A stretch of DNA of 64,000 bases, taken from positions 1-64,000 of the IMG/VR virus record IMGVR_UViG_3300027969_004220; one strand, 5' to 3'. Both the position numbers and the translations under genes were made by a program. Origin of the DNA: a virus (Duplodnaviria > Caudoviricetes). Below, piece after piece: positions 49,858 to 58,802 of the stretch. A model generated the notes under the pieces. The model ran no database searches and was not told the DNA's origin. It saw only the letters and a program-made list of their open reading frames with translations. Position 1 is the stretch's first letter, and each line of letters begins with the position of its first letter.

Positions 49858-50853
49858 ATGATAATCAAATCAGAAATAAACCCGAAAGACTTTGAAGTTG
49901 GTACAATTATTGGCCGTTTTCAAGTAAACAAACTACACGATGGTCATAGATCACTAATCAACTACGTATTAGATAACCATAAAAAAGTAATCATACTTTT
50001 AGGTGTATCAAGAGTTCAAAACACTCGTAAAAATCCACTAGACTTTGCTTCTCGTAAAGCAATGATTCAAAAAGAATTTCCTTCTGTTATGATCTTACCT
50101 ATTCAAGATCAAAGATATAACGAAAAATGGTCTCACGATGTTGATTCTATTATCCCTATTCCATTCGGTGAGAAAAAAACTGTAATCTACGGAAGTAGAG
50201 ACTCTTTTATTCCTTACTACTCTGGTAAATTCCCAGTAATCGAATTAGAAGAAAGTGTTACTTACAACGGTACAAATATCCGTGAAGAAGTTGCCAAAGA
50301 AACTTTAGACTCTGACGACTTTAGAGCAGGTGTTATCTACTCTTCTTTTAACCACAGACCTACAACTTTCCCGACTGTTGATATTGTTGCACACGATAAT
50401 GAAGGTAATATACTTTTAGGTAGAAAACCTAATGAGAAATTATTTAGATTTGTTGGTGGTTTTGTTGATACTTCAGATAGTTCATTTGAAGCAGCAGCTT
50501 TAAGAGAACTTAATGAAGAAACTGGTGGTAACTTAGTGGTAAATAAAAACTTAACATACATTACTTCTCAAAAAGTAAATGACTGGAGATACAAAGGTGA
50601 AGAATCTGGTATAATGACTACATTATATTTGGCAACAAGACACTTTGGATTTGCGAAAGCTTCTGACGACATAGCTGAAGTAAAATGGGTACCTGCTCAA
50701 AAATTTAGTAATTATGATGGTATTAGAACTGGAATTGTTCCAGAACACAGAGAGTTGATGAAAACTTTCATTGATAAAGTTTACGATCAAAATCTTATGC
50801 CAATTGGTGAAAGATTAGAAGAAAGAACTAATGTAACCTATACAGCAGAGTAA
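49858..50853 (+). CDS. nadM: Bifunctional NMN adenylyltransferase / ADP-ribose pyrophosphatase (NadM-Nudix)
   Basis: GRFQ...HDGH cytidylyltransferase-like domain plus Nudix box GGFVD...AALRELNEETG. Confidence 0.9.
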   Translation: MIIKSEINPKDFEVGTIIGRFQVNKLHDGHRSLINYVLDNHKKVIILLGVSRVQNTRKNPLDFASRKAMIQKEFPSVMILPIQDQRYNEKWSHDVDSIIPIPFGEKKTVIYGSRDSFIPYYSGKFPVIELEESVTYNGTNIREEVAKETLDSDDFRAGVIYSSFNHRPTTFPTVDIVAHDNEGNILLGRKPNEKLFRFVGGFVDTSDSSFEAAALRELNEETGGNLVVNKNLTYITSQKVNDWRYKGEESGIMTTLYLATRHFGFAKASDDIAEVKWVPAQKFSNYDGIRTGIVPEHRELMKTFIDKVYDQNLMPIGERLEERTNVTYTAE

Positions 50854-51188
50854 TGAATAATCCAGTTATAAAGGTAGGAAATGGTTTAATGATGTTACAA
50901 TCTTATCCATTTAATTGGATAAGAGAGTCAGTTTATACTGGCAGTTTTGGACCACCATTTTACTATTACATATTTTTAGGTGATATGTCTGGTGGTCCTA
51001 CGTGTGTCTATAAAGAGGAAGAAAATGAACTAGCTATTTCTGACTTAAAGTTTAAAGTTGAAAGTATAGAAGAAGCAGGTAAAATAGTTCTTAAACTTAC
51101 ACAAGGTATGGGAAAGAATTTGGAAGGAACTGTACATGAATCTGCTGCAGACATTAGAGATAAAAAGATAGAAAAAATATTAAATTAA
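50853..51188 (+). CDS. Hypothetical protein with C-terminal RD-motif
   Basis: Ends IRDKKIEKILN. Confidence 0.6.
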   Translation: MNNPVIKVGNGLMMLQSYPFNWIRESVYTGSFGPPFYYYIFLGDMSGGPTCVYKEEENELAISDLKFKVESIEEAGKIVLKLTQGMGKNLEGTVHESAADIRDKKIEKILN

Positions 51189-51193
51189 ATATT

Positions 51194-52786
51194 ATGAGTT
51201 TACAAAGACAAATTACTCGAAAATTAGAAAGAGCCATTGCTGATAAAGATTGGACTTCTTTACAAGGTATTCAAAAATACCTAACAAAAATTATTACAAA
51301 ACCAGACAATTTAATTCTTTGCTCTGATGCTTACAAATACTCACACCATAAATTCTATGGTGATGAAATGACCAAAATGGTTTCTTATATGGAATCTCGA
51401 GGTGGTAAATTCTCAGAAACTTTGTTCTATGGTTTACAAATCATTATCAAACAATACTTAGAAGGTATCGCTATTACCAAAGAAGAAGTTGATGAAGCAG
51501 ATGATTACTTAGCATCTAAACTAGGAGTATTCGGTAGAGACGATGTATTCGACCGTTCTAAATTTGATTACATTGTTGATAAATATGATGGTAAATTACC
51601 TATCAGTATTAAAGCAGTTCCAGAGGGAACTGTTGTAAATACAAAGAATGTACTTTTCATCATTGAAAGTTTAGACGAGAAATGTGCTTGGATAACAAAC
51701 TTCTTAGAAAGTATCTTACTTCAAGTTTGGTATCCAATTACTGTTGCCACTCTTTCAAGAGAAGTTAGAAAAATTGTAACCAATTCATTTTTAGATTCTA
51801 CTTCTTATGATGATAAAACAATCAATTTCTTAGTTGATTTTGTTTTAAATGACTTTGGTTTCAGAGGTGTATCTTCTGTACAATCAGCGAAAATTGGTGG
51901 GTCTGCACATCTTGTCAACTTCTTAGGTTCTGACACTGTAATCGCTTCTAAATTGATTAGAGACGTATATAATACTGAACGAATCTACGGATTATCAATT
52001 CCTGCAACCGAACACTCTATTATGACACTTAAAGGCGAAGAAGGAGAGTTAGAACTAATGATGCGAGTTTTAAAAACATTCCCAACTGGATTAGTTGCTT
52101 GTGTATCAGATTCATACAATATCTTTAGAGCTTGTTCTGAATATTGGGGAACTGAGTTAAGAGATTTAGTTCTTTCAAGACCAACAACACCTGGTAATCA
52201 ATTAGTTATTAGACCTGACTCTGGTCACGTTTTAAGAACTTTAAAAGAAATCTTTGATATTCTATTTGATAAGTTTGGTTATACTGTAAATGAAAAAGGT
52301 TATAAAGTTCTTCCACCACAAATTAGAGTAATTCAAGGTGATGGTGTGAATTTAGAATCAATTGGTGAAATCTATATGATGTTAAAATCAGAAGGTATCT
52401 CTCCAGAGAACTTAGCATTGGGTATGGGTGGTAAATTATTACAAGCTGATATAAATCGTGATACAAATAACTTCGCAACCAAAGCATGTTTCGCAATTGT
52501 TGATGGTCAAGAAAGAAATGTAGTTAAATCTCCTACAGAAATGGATGCAGATGGTAACATTACAAAATCTTTCAAAAAATCTAAACAAGGTCGTTTGAAA
52601 CTTGTTAAAAATGATGATGGTACTTACAGAACTGTTACATCAATGGATGCAGACTTTGATACTGTTAAAGATGAGTTAGTTGAAGTATTTAGAATGGGTA
52701 ACATCACAAAAGAGTGGAACTTTGATGAAATTAGACAAAGAGCTGCTGTTTTAGTAGAACAAGAATTAGAAGAATTGATAGCATAA
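51194..52786 (+). CDS. nadV: Nicotinamide phosphoribosyltransferase (NAMPT)
   Basis: DAYKYSH, DFGFRG, PATEHS, VSDSY, RPDSG, QGDG and KKSKQG motifs. Confidence 0.95.
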   Translation: MSLQRQITRKLERAIADKDWTSLQGIQKYLTKIITKPDNLILCSDAYKYSHHKFYGDEMTKMVSYMESRGGKFSETLFYGLQIIIKQYLEGIAITKEEVDEADDYLASKLGVFGRDDVFDRSKFDYIVDKYDGKLPISIKAVPEGTVVNTKNVLFIIESLDEKCAWITNFLESILLQVWYPITVATLSREVRKIVTNSFLDSTSYDDKTINFLVDFVLNDFGFRGVSSVQSAKIGGSAHLVNFLGSDTVIASKLIRDVYNTERIYGLSIPATEHSIMTLKGEEGELELMMRVLKTFPTGLVACVSDSYNIFRACSEYWGTELRDLVLSRPTTPGNQLVIRPDSGHVLRTLKEIFDILFDKFGYTVNEKGYKVLPPQIRVIQGDGVNLESIGEIYMMLKSEGISPENLALGMGGKLLQADINRDTNNFATKACFAIVDGQERNVVKSPTEMDADGNITKSFKKSKQGRLKLVKNDDGTYRTVTSMDADFDTVKDELVEVFRMGNITKEWNFDEIRQRAAVLVEQELEELIA

Positions 52787-53112
52787 TGATTAGAGTTAGT
52801 CTATCAGAACATAGTATTCAACAAGGGTACAAAAGATTACAGATCAATTCTGATGAATTATCTATAATATGTCACAATGCTATTTCAGATGGCATACCTA
52901 AAGAAAAAGTTCGTACATTACTAAGGAATAAAATTAAAAGAGTTACAAATAATACTCTAATAAATGGATGTCAGAACCCATTTATTAGAGTTTATGATAA
53001 AAAAATATTTATATTTAACCATTCTTCTAGTACTAAATATAAAGATTATAAACTAATAACATTCTTTAAAATTGATATGTCGGATAATTTATATTATTCA
53101 ATGATAAAATAA
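52786..53112 (+). CDS. Hypothetical protein
   Basis: 108-aa coupled ORF. Confidence 0.5.
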   Translation: MIRVSLSEHSIQQGYKRLQINSDELSIICHNAISDGIPKEKVRTLLRNKIKRVTNNTLINGCQNPFIRVYDKKIFIFNHSSSTKYKDYKLITFFKIDMSDNLYYSMIK

Positions 53113-53123
53113 ATAAAAATAAT

Positions 53124-53753
53124 ATGGAAGAAAGAAAAACACTTGGATTGTCACCACTTATAATAGTTGAACCAGATCCTACTCTTATAGAATACTACAG
53201 AATTGCAAAACATTTTGAAGTAAGTGATATGCTTGTAAGTAAAACAGAAGATGGTGAGTGGTTATACATTCAAAGTAATTTAGATCAAAATATATTCTTG
53301 TTGAAGAAGTTGGATGATATGGGATTACTTACAGATTCTGGAAAGATATGTGATTGTGGTATTGGATTAGGAACTGCGATTTTTGATATTTATCTTCAAT
53401 CAAAAAAAATTGAAAAGAATTATTCTTTTGTAGGGATAGAGAAACAATCTAAATATGTAAATTATCTTAATGAAAATCTTTTAGATTATTGGAATAATGA
53501 TTTACAAATAGTAGAAGGTGATTTAATGGATCAAAAATATGATGATTATAATATCATATATTGTTACACACCTTTTAGAGATATAGAAAAACTTAAAACT
53601 TTCTATTTAAAAGTAATAGAAGAAATGCAACCAGGTTCTATTCTTATTGAGAATAAAAATTATGGATTGGGAGAAAGAGATATTCTTACTTCTTTATCAG
53701 ATAAATTATCTGAAATAGAGTTAGATGGAATAACAGTATTTAAGAAATTATGA
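53124..53753 (+). CDS. Class I SAM-dependent methyltransferase
   Basis: ICDCGIGLG, VGIE, GDL and YCYTPF motifs. Confidence 0.75.
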   Translation: MEERKTLGLSPLIIVEPDPTLIEYYRIAKHFEVSDMLVSKTEDGEWLYIQSNLDQNIFLLKKLDDMGLLTDSGKICDCGIGLGTAIFDIYLQSKKIEKNYSFVGIEKQSKYVNYLNENLLDYWNNDLQIVEGDLMDQKYDDYNIIYCYTPFRDIEKLKTFYLKVIEEMQPGSILIENKNYGLGERDILTSLSDKLSEIELDGITVFKKL

Positions 53754-54082
53754 GTAAATGTAAAGTAGTACATTTTAGAAAAGCACCTTATGATATAATG
53801 ATAGATAGGACAACCAAATGGGGTTGTCCTTTCTCTCATATAAGAGATAGAAAAACAAAAGCTAAGTTCCTTGTAAACTCAAGGAAAGAAGCTATTGAAG
53901 CTTATAAAGAATGGATTACAAATGGAGAAGGTAAACATTTATTGAATGATCTACACGAGTTAAAAGGTAAAACATTAGGCTGTTGGTGTAAAGATGTTGA
54001 TGGTAAAGGAAAATCTTGTCACGGTGACGTACTAGTTGAATTAGTAAATGATATGTTTAGAACAGATGGGTTTACTATTTAG
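53750..54082 (+). CDS. DUF4326-family protein
   Basis: R.TKWG.PF...LKGKTLGCWC...CHGDVL. Confidence 0.8.
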   Translation: MSKCKVVHFRKAPYDIMIDRTTKWGCPFSHIRDRKTKAKFLVNSRKEAIEAYKEWITNGEGKHLLNDLHELKGKTLGCWCKDVDGKGKSCHGDVLVELVNDMFRTDGFTI

Positions 54083-54551
54083 GTAAACCAACAACAAAAC
54101 TAATTGATCTCAATTTTTTACCTTCAAGAAGAGCACCATCAAGTAATTCTTTAGTTTTAAATCTACTATTAGTTCCAGTGGCAAATTCTAAACCGAAACA
54201 GTATTTAATAGTAGATCTAGGATCTATCTTCAAAAGGTTATAATTATCTATTAGATATTTTACAAATGGTATAAATCTATCTGATACTTCCTCCCATAAA
54301 AATATTCCAAAGATAGGATTTATATCAGTTTTATAAAAACTTACTCTAAAATAATTTGTTTGATAACCTAATTCCGGATAATCTTTATTACCAACAGATG
54401 GCCATGAATCACTGGCATTATGTTCTCGTATCTCTATTTCAAAACCTTCATCTAAAAGGTAAGCTAAATACATTTCACAGAAGTCTTGTAATTCCTCTTT
54501 TTGTAGTTTAAGTTCTTCTCGACTTTCGTTAAATCTTTTTAAATGTTTCAT
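54075..54551 (-). CDS. Paralogue family member 4 (MKHLKRFNES; putative internal head protein)
   Basis: Shared N-tag and FCExxLAYLLDEGF...FxWxxxxDxFIPF core. Confidence 0.65.
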   Translation of the reverse strand: MKHLKRFNESREELKLQKEELQDFCEMYLAYLLDEGFEIEIREHNASDSWPSVGNKDYPELGYQTNYFRVSFYKTDINPIFGIFLWEEVSDRFIPFVKYLIDNYNLLKIDPRSTIKYCFGLEFATGTNSRFKTKELLDGALLEGKKLRSISFVVGLPK

Positions 54552-54554
54552 AAT

Positions 54555-54992
54555 TTATTTAATAGTAACCATAAAGTATACCTCTCTTAATTGTTTTGTA
54601 TCCAAAGCATTATGTCTTTCTTCAAGAAGTCCTTTAGTTTGATACATTATACTATGCCATCTATAATCTACAAATTTTATATCTGTCTTTCTGTGGTAAG
54701 GTACAGTTGAACTTGGATCTACTTTTTCTAAGTTATAATTATCTTTTAGAAATTTAAGAAATGGTAAAAAGTGATTTATTATATCTTGCCATAAAAAAAT
54801 AGATTTATCTTGTTTTACTAAAGAAACTTGAAAAGGTGTTACACCCGCCGCTAGTTCAGCTCCTCCATAAATCTTCAACTCAAATCCTTCATCTAAAAGA
54901 TAAGCTAAATATGTTTCACAGAAATCACGTAACTCTTCTCTCTGTAAAGTAAGTTCTTCTTGACTTTCATTAAATCTTTTTAAATATCTCAT
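54555..54992 (-). CDS. Paralogue family member 3 (MRYLKRFNES)
   Basis: Same family motifs. Confidence 0.65.
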   Translation of the reverse strand: MRYLKRFNESQEELTLQREELRDFCETYLAYLLDEGFELKIYGGAELAAGVTPFQVSLVKQDKSIFLWQDIINHFLPFLKFLKDNYNLEKVDPSSTVPYHRKTDIKFVDYRWHSIMYQTKGLLEERHNALDTKQLREVYFMVTIK

Positions 54993-55483
54993 AAACTATC
55001 ATCGTTTATTTTAAATGTTATTCTAGAAAGATCCCAATATATATTAACATTATCTAAAGTACTAATATACTCAGATTTTAAATCCATACCATTTGATGAA
55101 GTGAAATTTATATAATTAGTAGCTAATTTATAACTCTTTTGTATTCTTAATATAAATGGTATATAATGATCTTTTATATCATCCCACTTAAAATAAGAAG
55201 TATGAACACCGTTTTGATTTGTAGTTAAACTTTTTCTAAGAATAATATAGTAACCTCCACTACGTGGTTGTATATCAATAAAAAATCCTTCATCTATTAG
55301 ATAAGCTAGATTCATTTCACAATAATCTTTTAACATTGCGGTATCATACTCAGCTTTTACCATTTTATATTGTTTATCATCAACAGGTATCATATCTAAA
55401 TTCTCTTCTGTCCAAGCCAATACTTCTGGGTCAAAATCTAAGGATTCATTAAACTTTTTTAAATGTCTCATACCATTACTCAT
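54989..55483 (-). CDS. Paralogue family member 2 (MRHLKKFNES)
   Basis: Same family motifs. Confidence 0.65.
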   Translation of the reverse strand: MSNGMRHLKKFNESLDFDPEVLAWTEENLDMIPVDDKQYKMVKAEYDTAMLKDYCEMNLAYLIDEGFFIDIQPRSGGYYIILRKSLTTNQNGVHTSYFKWDDIKDHYIPFILRIQKSYKLATNYINFTSSNGMDLKSEYISTLDNVNIYWDLSRITFKINDDSL

Positions 55484-55937
55484 CTTTTATATAAACATTT
55501 ATTTGCCATATATTATAAAGTTCAAGATTATCTAAGTCTTTAATATTCACAATTTTATAATACGGTAAATAACCCTTCTCTTTCTTGTGAGGTACTTGAT
55601 AAATAATCTCTACAGATTGATAATCAAAAAAATTATTAGTTTCTTTAGAATAACCTATTATTTTAGATTTATTATTTAAGTGTGTTAAAAATGGTATATA
55701 ATGATCCTCTATATCCTTCCAATCAAAACCTGGTGAACCCCAGGCCCCCTTGTGTATAGAGTCAGTCACTAGGCTTATTTTATAAACCCAGTAATCTTCA
55801 CCATCTTTTATTCCACACACACTATCTACTTTAAGACTGAATTGTGGATCATCAAGCAGATAAGCTAAATTTACTTCACAAAACTCTTTTAACTGGTCTT
55901 CACCTAAACTTTCATTAAATCTTTTTAAATGTCTCAT
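55476..55937 (-). CDS. Paralogue family member 1 (MRHLKRFNES)
   Basis: Same family motifs; TTTATATATAG upstream. Confidence 0.65.
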   Translation of the reverse strand: MRHLKRFNESLGEDQLKEFCEVNLAYLLDDPQFSLKVDSVCGIKDGEDYWVYKISLVTDSIHKGAWGSPGFDWKDIEDHYIPFLTHLNNKSKIIGYSKETNNFFDYQSVEIIYQVPHKKEKGYLPYYKIVNIKDLDNLELYNIWQINVYIKDE

Positions 55938-55993
55938 AATCTATATATAAAAACATTTGACTAATAAAATCATATAATAAGAAAAAACTTTTT

Positions 55994-56647
55994 ATGGAAT
56001 TATTCATGTTTGATATAGAAACGGCCGGACAATATAAAGACTTTACAGAATTTGAAAAAAATGATGAACGTGGTTCAAACCTTTTTAAAGGCAAATACCA
56101 AAAAATGGGTTGGGAAGAAAAATACGGAAACATATACGAAGCTTATTTAGATAATGCAGGTATTGTACCAACTTATGGTAGAATAGTTTGTATCTCATTT
56201 GGTTACTTAGATAACGGTCAAGAAAGAATCTCAAGTTTCTACGGAGACGATGAAAAAGAAATTGTAGAGAAATTTAATAACCTACTTAAAAAGATTGAGA
56301 AGAAAGATTTTAATTTATCTGGATTTAGAATAGCTTATTTTGATATTCCTTGGGTAGCTCATAAGTTAGCTAAGTATGGTATTAAACCAGCTGATATAAT
56401 TACCACTTATAATAAGAAACCTTGGGAAATGAGAATCACTGATATGTCTGATGATTGGAAGTCAAAATTTGCTTGGGCATTCTCATTTGATGAGATGTGT
56501 TATGAGTTGGGAATTGAATCTCCAAAGGATAATATGAATGGTGGAGACGTACATGATGCTTACTGGGAAGGTAGAGTTGAAGAGGTAAAAATCTACTGTG
56601 AGAAAGACGTAAAAGCCTCAATTAAAGTATCTCAGGTTATTTATTAA
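55994..56647 (+). CDS. DEDD 3'-5' exonuclease (PolB-exonuclease-like)
   Basis: FDIET, FDIP and YCEKDV motifs. Confidence 0.85.
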   Translation: MELFMFDIETAGQYKDFTEFEKNDERGSNLFKGKYQKMGWEEKYGNIYEAYLDNAGIVPTYGRIVCISFGYLDNGQERISSFYGDDEKEIVEKFNNLLKKIEKKDFNLSGFRIAYFDIPWVAHKLAKYGIKPADIITTYNKKPWEMRITDMSDDWKSKFAWAFSFDEMCYELGIESPKDNMNGGDVHDAYWEGRVEEVKIYCEKDVKASIKVSQVIY

Positions 56648-56682
56648 AAAACTTCAAAAATAAGGTTTTTTGATATATTTTT

Positions 56683-57030
56683 ATGATATATAGTTTTATG
56701 GAAAACCTCACTATCACGTACATAAAGACACATGGACAAACTTTGGAAATGTGGTCCGCAATAGATACAAAAAACAACCTTTCGGTAGGTCATATTTGTA
56801 TGAATGTAGAGAAAGACAACAGGATAAAATTCCTAGATGCTTGGGTTCATGATGATTATCGCAGAAGAGGAATTTATAGACTTCTATGGGAAACCAGATG
56901 GAAATATGTAAATGAAGAATATAAAGGTTATACTATATATGCTTGGTGTAAAGAAACATCATTACCATTACTTTTAGAGAAGGAATTCACTCCAGGTGAA
57001 ATAGTTACCTATGTTGAGAAAAAAATTTAA
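56683..57030 (+). CDS. GNAT-family acetyltransferase
   Basis: AWVHDDYRRRGIY acetyl-CoA binding motif. Confidence 0.75.
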   Translation: MIYSFMENLTITYIKTHGQTLEMWSAIDTKNNLSVGHICMNVEKDNRIKFLDAWVHDDYRRRGIYRLLWETRWKYVNEEYKGYTIYAWCKETSLPLLLEKEFTPGEIVTYVEKKI

Positions 57031-57059
57031 ACTTTTTATAAAATAAAAATATAAGTTGC

Positions 57060-57245
57060 ATGATGAGACCCTTAAAATCAGTAGCTAAGTACTACTCAAA
57101 AGGATTTTTTTTAGCATACGGTTTATTAGCAGTAATAAATCTACCAGAGTTTAACTTCTCTACATTAGCGGAACAGTCACTTATTTTTGGTATAGGTATG
57201 GCACTTCTAATTCATGCATTTGAAGACTTCTATAAAACAAAATAA
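57060..57245 (+). CDS. Small membrane protein
   Basis: Two hydrophobic segments. Confidence 0.5.
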   Translation: MMRPLKSVAKYYSKGFFLAYGLLAVINLPEFNFSTLAEQSLIFGIGMALLIHAFEDFYKTK

Positions 57246-57248
57246 ATT

Positions 57249-57428
57249 ATGGCAAATAAAGACAGAAACTTTATAATTAGAATCTCTGAAAAACTATTAG
57301 AAGATTTTCAAGAGTTCTGTGATGATAATTCAATGAATGCTTCTAAAAGAATTAGAAAGTATATTGAGAATGATGTAGAAGCTTGGAAGAAAAGAAAATT
57401 ACAACAACAACAAAATAATCAAAAATAA
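57249..57428 (+). CDS. Ribbon-helix-helix DNA-binding protein, 59 aa (not in ORF track)
   Basis: MANKDRNFIIRISEKLLEDFQEFCDDNSMNASKRIRKYIE fits the RHH pattern. Confidence 0.65.
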   Translation: MANKDRNFIIRISEKLLEDFQEFCDDNSMNASKRIRKYIENDVEAWKKRKLQQQQNNQK

Positions 57429-57532
57429 ATTAGGTACTACAAAATTTATTCGTATCTTTGTCATCTAATAAAAATAAAGATATGTTTATACTAGTCGGGT
57501 ACCTTATTTGGGGCAATAAAGAATAAAAACAA

Positions 57533-57626
57533 AAAAATTAGGTAGATAAGTAAACTTTTATTACTTTTGTACTATAAAAATAACAAATAAACAAAAAGAG
57601 AGAATAAACTTTTAATATATACAATA
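57533..57626 (+). promoter_or_regulatory. Duplicated tRNA-operon promoter block, copy 2 (TACTTTTG host-type element plus TAATATATA motif)
   Basis: Near-identical to 22287-22380; a diverged third copy lies at about 58714-58802. Confidence 0.75.
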
Positions 57627-57731
57627 ATGAAAACAACTAATCTAAATATTAACTTAACGCTGAATGTCTTATGTCTAAGACAAAGACCGGGTTTTGCCTT
57701 ATTTAGAGCAACTGATTTTGATGGTGTGTAA
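57627..57731 (+). CDS. Attenuator leader peptide 4 (Leu/Arg-AGA)
   Basis: MKTTNLNINLTLNVLCLRQRPGFALFRATDFDGV; precedes a terminator and Arg(UCU)/Leu tRNAs. Confidence 0.8.
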   Translation: MKTTNLNINLTLNVLCLRQRPGFALFRATDFDGV

Positions 57732-57759
57732 TCATTAAATTCAAACTAAATATACAAAC

Positions 57760-57792
57760 AAAACCCGAAATTTAAAAGTTTCGGGTTTTTTT
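57760..57792 (+). terminator. Attenuator terminator 4
   Basis: AAAACCCGAAATT-taaa-AGTTTCGGGTTTT plus T-run. Confidence 0.9.
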
Positions 57793-57811
57793 GTGGAAAA
57801 AAATAAATAAT

Positions 57812-57885
57812 GGCCCCGTAGCTCAGCTGGATAGAGCAACTCACTTCTAATGAGTAGGTCACAGGTTCGAATCCTGTCGGGGTCA
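57812..57885 (+). tRNA. trnR: tRNA-Arg(UCU)
   Basis: ACTCA-CTTCTAA-TGAGT; canonical cloverleaf. Confidence 0.92.
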
Positions 57886-57900
57886 CAAAAATAATCACCT

Positions 57901-57970
57901 GTCGGGGTGGTGGAATGGTAGACACGCAGCACTTAAAATGCTGTGCTCCAGAAGAGTCCCTTTCCCGATA
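57901..57970 (+). pseudogene. tRNA-Leu(UAA) lacking the T-arm
   Basis: CAGCA-CTTAAAA-TGCTG intact; after the variable arm the sequence runs GAGT-CCCTT with no GGTTCG. Confidence 0.65.
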
Positions 57971-57978
57971 CAAAAAAT

Positions 57979-58065
57979 GCGTCTGTGGTGAAATTGGTAG
58001 TACACGCTGGGTTTAAGCCCCAGTGGTCAGGAATGATCGTGAGGGTTCGACTCCCTCCAGACGTA
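57979..58065 (+). tRNA. trnL: tRNA-Leu(UAA)
   Basis: CTGGG-TTTAAGC-CCCAG; long variable arm. Confidence 0.88.
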
Positions 58066-58074
58066 CAAAAATAT

Positions 58075-58155
58075 GCCTCAGTAGTCCCAGTTGTCTTCTA
58101 AACAACTACGGGTAATTGGAAACTGAAAATGTAGGTTCGAATCCTATCTGGGGTA
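58075..58155 (+). tRNA. Non-canonical tRNA-Arg(UCU)-like RNA (anticodon arm precedes a D-like arm)
   Basis: GCCTCAG/CTGGGGT acceptor; AGTTGT-CTTCTAA-ACAACT directly after it; then GGT-AATTGGAA-ACT, GAAAAT and a canonical T-arm. Confidence 0.6.
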
Positions 58156-58166
58156 CTAATACACAA

Positions 58167-58249
58167 GCCGAGGTGGTGGAATGGTAGACACGCTGGTCTA
58201 AGAAGCCAGTGTCCGAAAGGACGTGCGGGTTCGAGTCCCGCTCTCGGTA
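58167..58249 (+). tRNA. trnL: tRNA-Leu(AAG)
   Basis: CTGGT-CTAAGAA-GCCAG; long variable arm. Confidence 0.8.
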
Positions 58250-58251
58250 CA

Positions 58252-58518
58252 ATGAAAGAAATAAATTATATACAGTACACATCATATACATTATTATCAA
58301 GTGGTGGTGTATTTAAGGTAAATTCAGCAATGCCTTTACCGAATTTAGATAAACACTTGAATGAGAGTATAAACTTAATTATGTTTGTAGTTCATAATAT
58401 AAAGTGTAATGATAAAGAAGTAATGTTTTATAATAGAGATCTATTTAGATTGACATATGGATCAAAAGAATGTTCTGAAATGATTATGAAAATGAAACAT
58501 TCACATATATTAGAATAA
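58252..58518 (+). CDS. Hypothetical protein inside tRNA operon 4
   Basis: 88-aa ORF filling the gap between two tRNAs. Confidence 0.45.
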   Translation: MKEINYIQYTSYTLLSSGGVFKVNSAMPLPNLDKHLNESINLIMFVVHNIKCNDKEVMFYNRDLFRLTYGSKECSEMIMKMKHSHILE

Positions 58519-58519
58519 T

Positions 58520-58601
58520 GTCGGAGTGATGAAATGGTAGACGTGCTTGGCTCAAGACCGAGTGTCCAAAAGACGTGTGGGTTCGAATCCCACCTTCGAT
58601 A
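58520..58601 (+). tRNA. trnL: tRNA-Leu(CAA)
   Basis: CTTGG-CTCAAGA-CCGAG. Confidence 0.88.
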
Positions 58602-58609
58602 CAAAATAT

Positions 58610-58696
58610 ACCCCTATGAGCAAATAGGCAAAGCTTGCTGGCTTAGACCCAGTGGAAAACAATGATACATTCTCGGTTCGAGTCCGAGTAGGGGTA
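58610..58696 (+). tRNA. trnL: tRNA-Leu(UAG)
   Basis: GCTGG-CTTAGAC-CCAGT; acceptor ACCCCTA/TAGGGGT. Confidence 0.75.
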
Positions 58697-58802
58697 CAAA
58701 GAAAAATTAAAAAAGATTAGGTAGATTAAAAAACTAATAGTATATTTGTACTATAAATAAAGATAAACAAAAAGGGACAATAAAAATTTAATATATAATA
58801 TA

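Noticed and set aside
7099-56621. Short antisense or alternate-frame ORFs inside long genes (e.g. 7099, 9180, 9570, 12447, 15378, 17156, 28548, 32247, 42514, 50337, 56436)
   Set aside because: They are nested within well-supported genes and have shadow-ORF composition
57901-57970. Functional T-armless tRNA-Leu
   Set aside because: More simply explained as a deletion between two short GAGT-like repeats next to an intact Leu(UAA) copy; treated as a pseudogene
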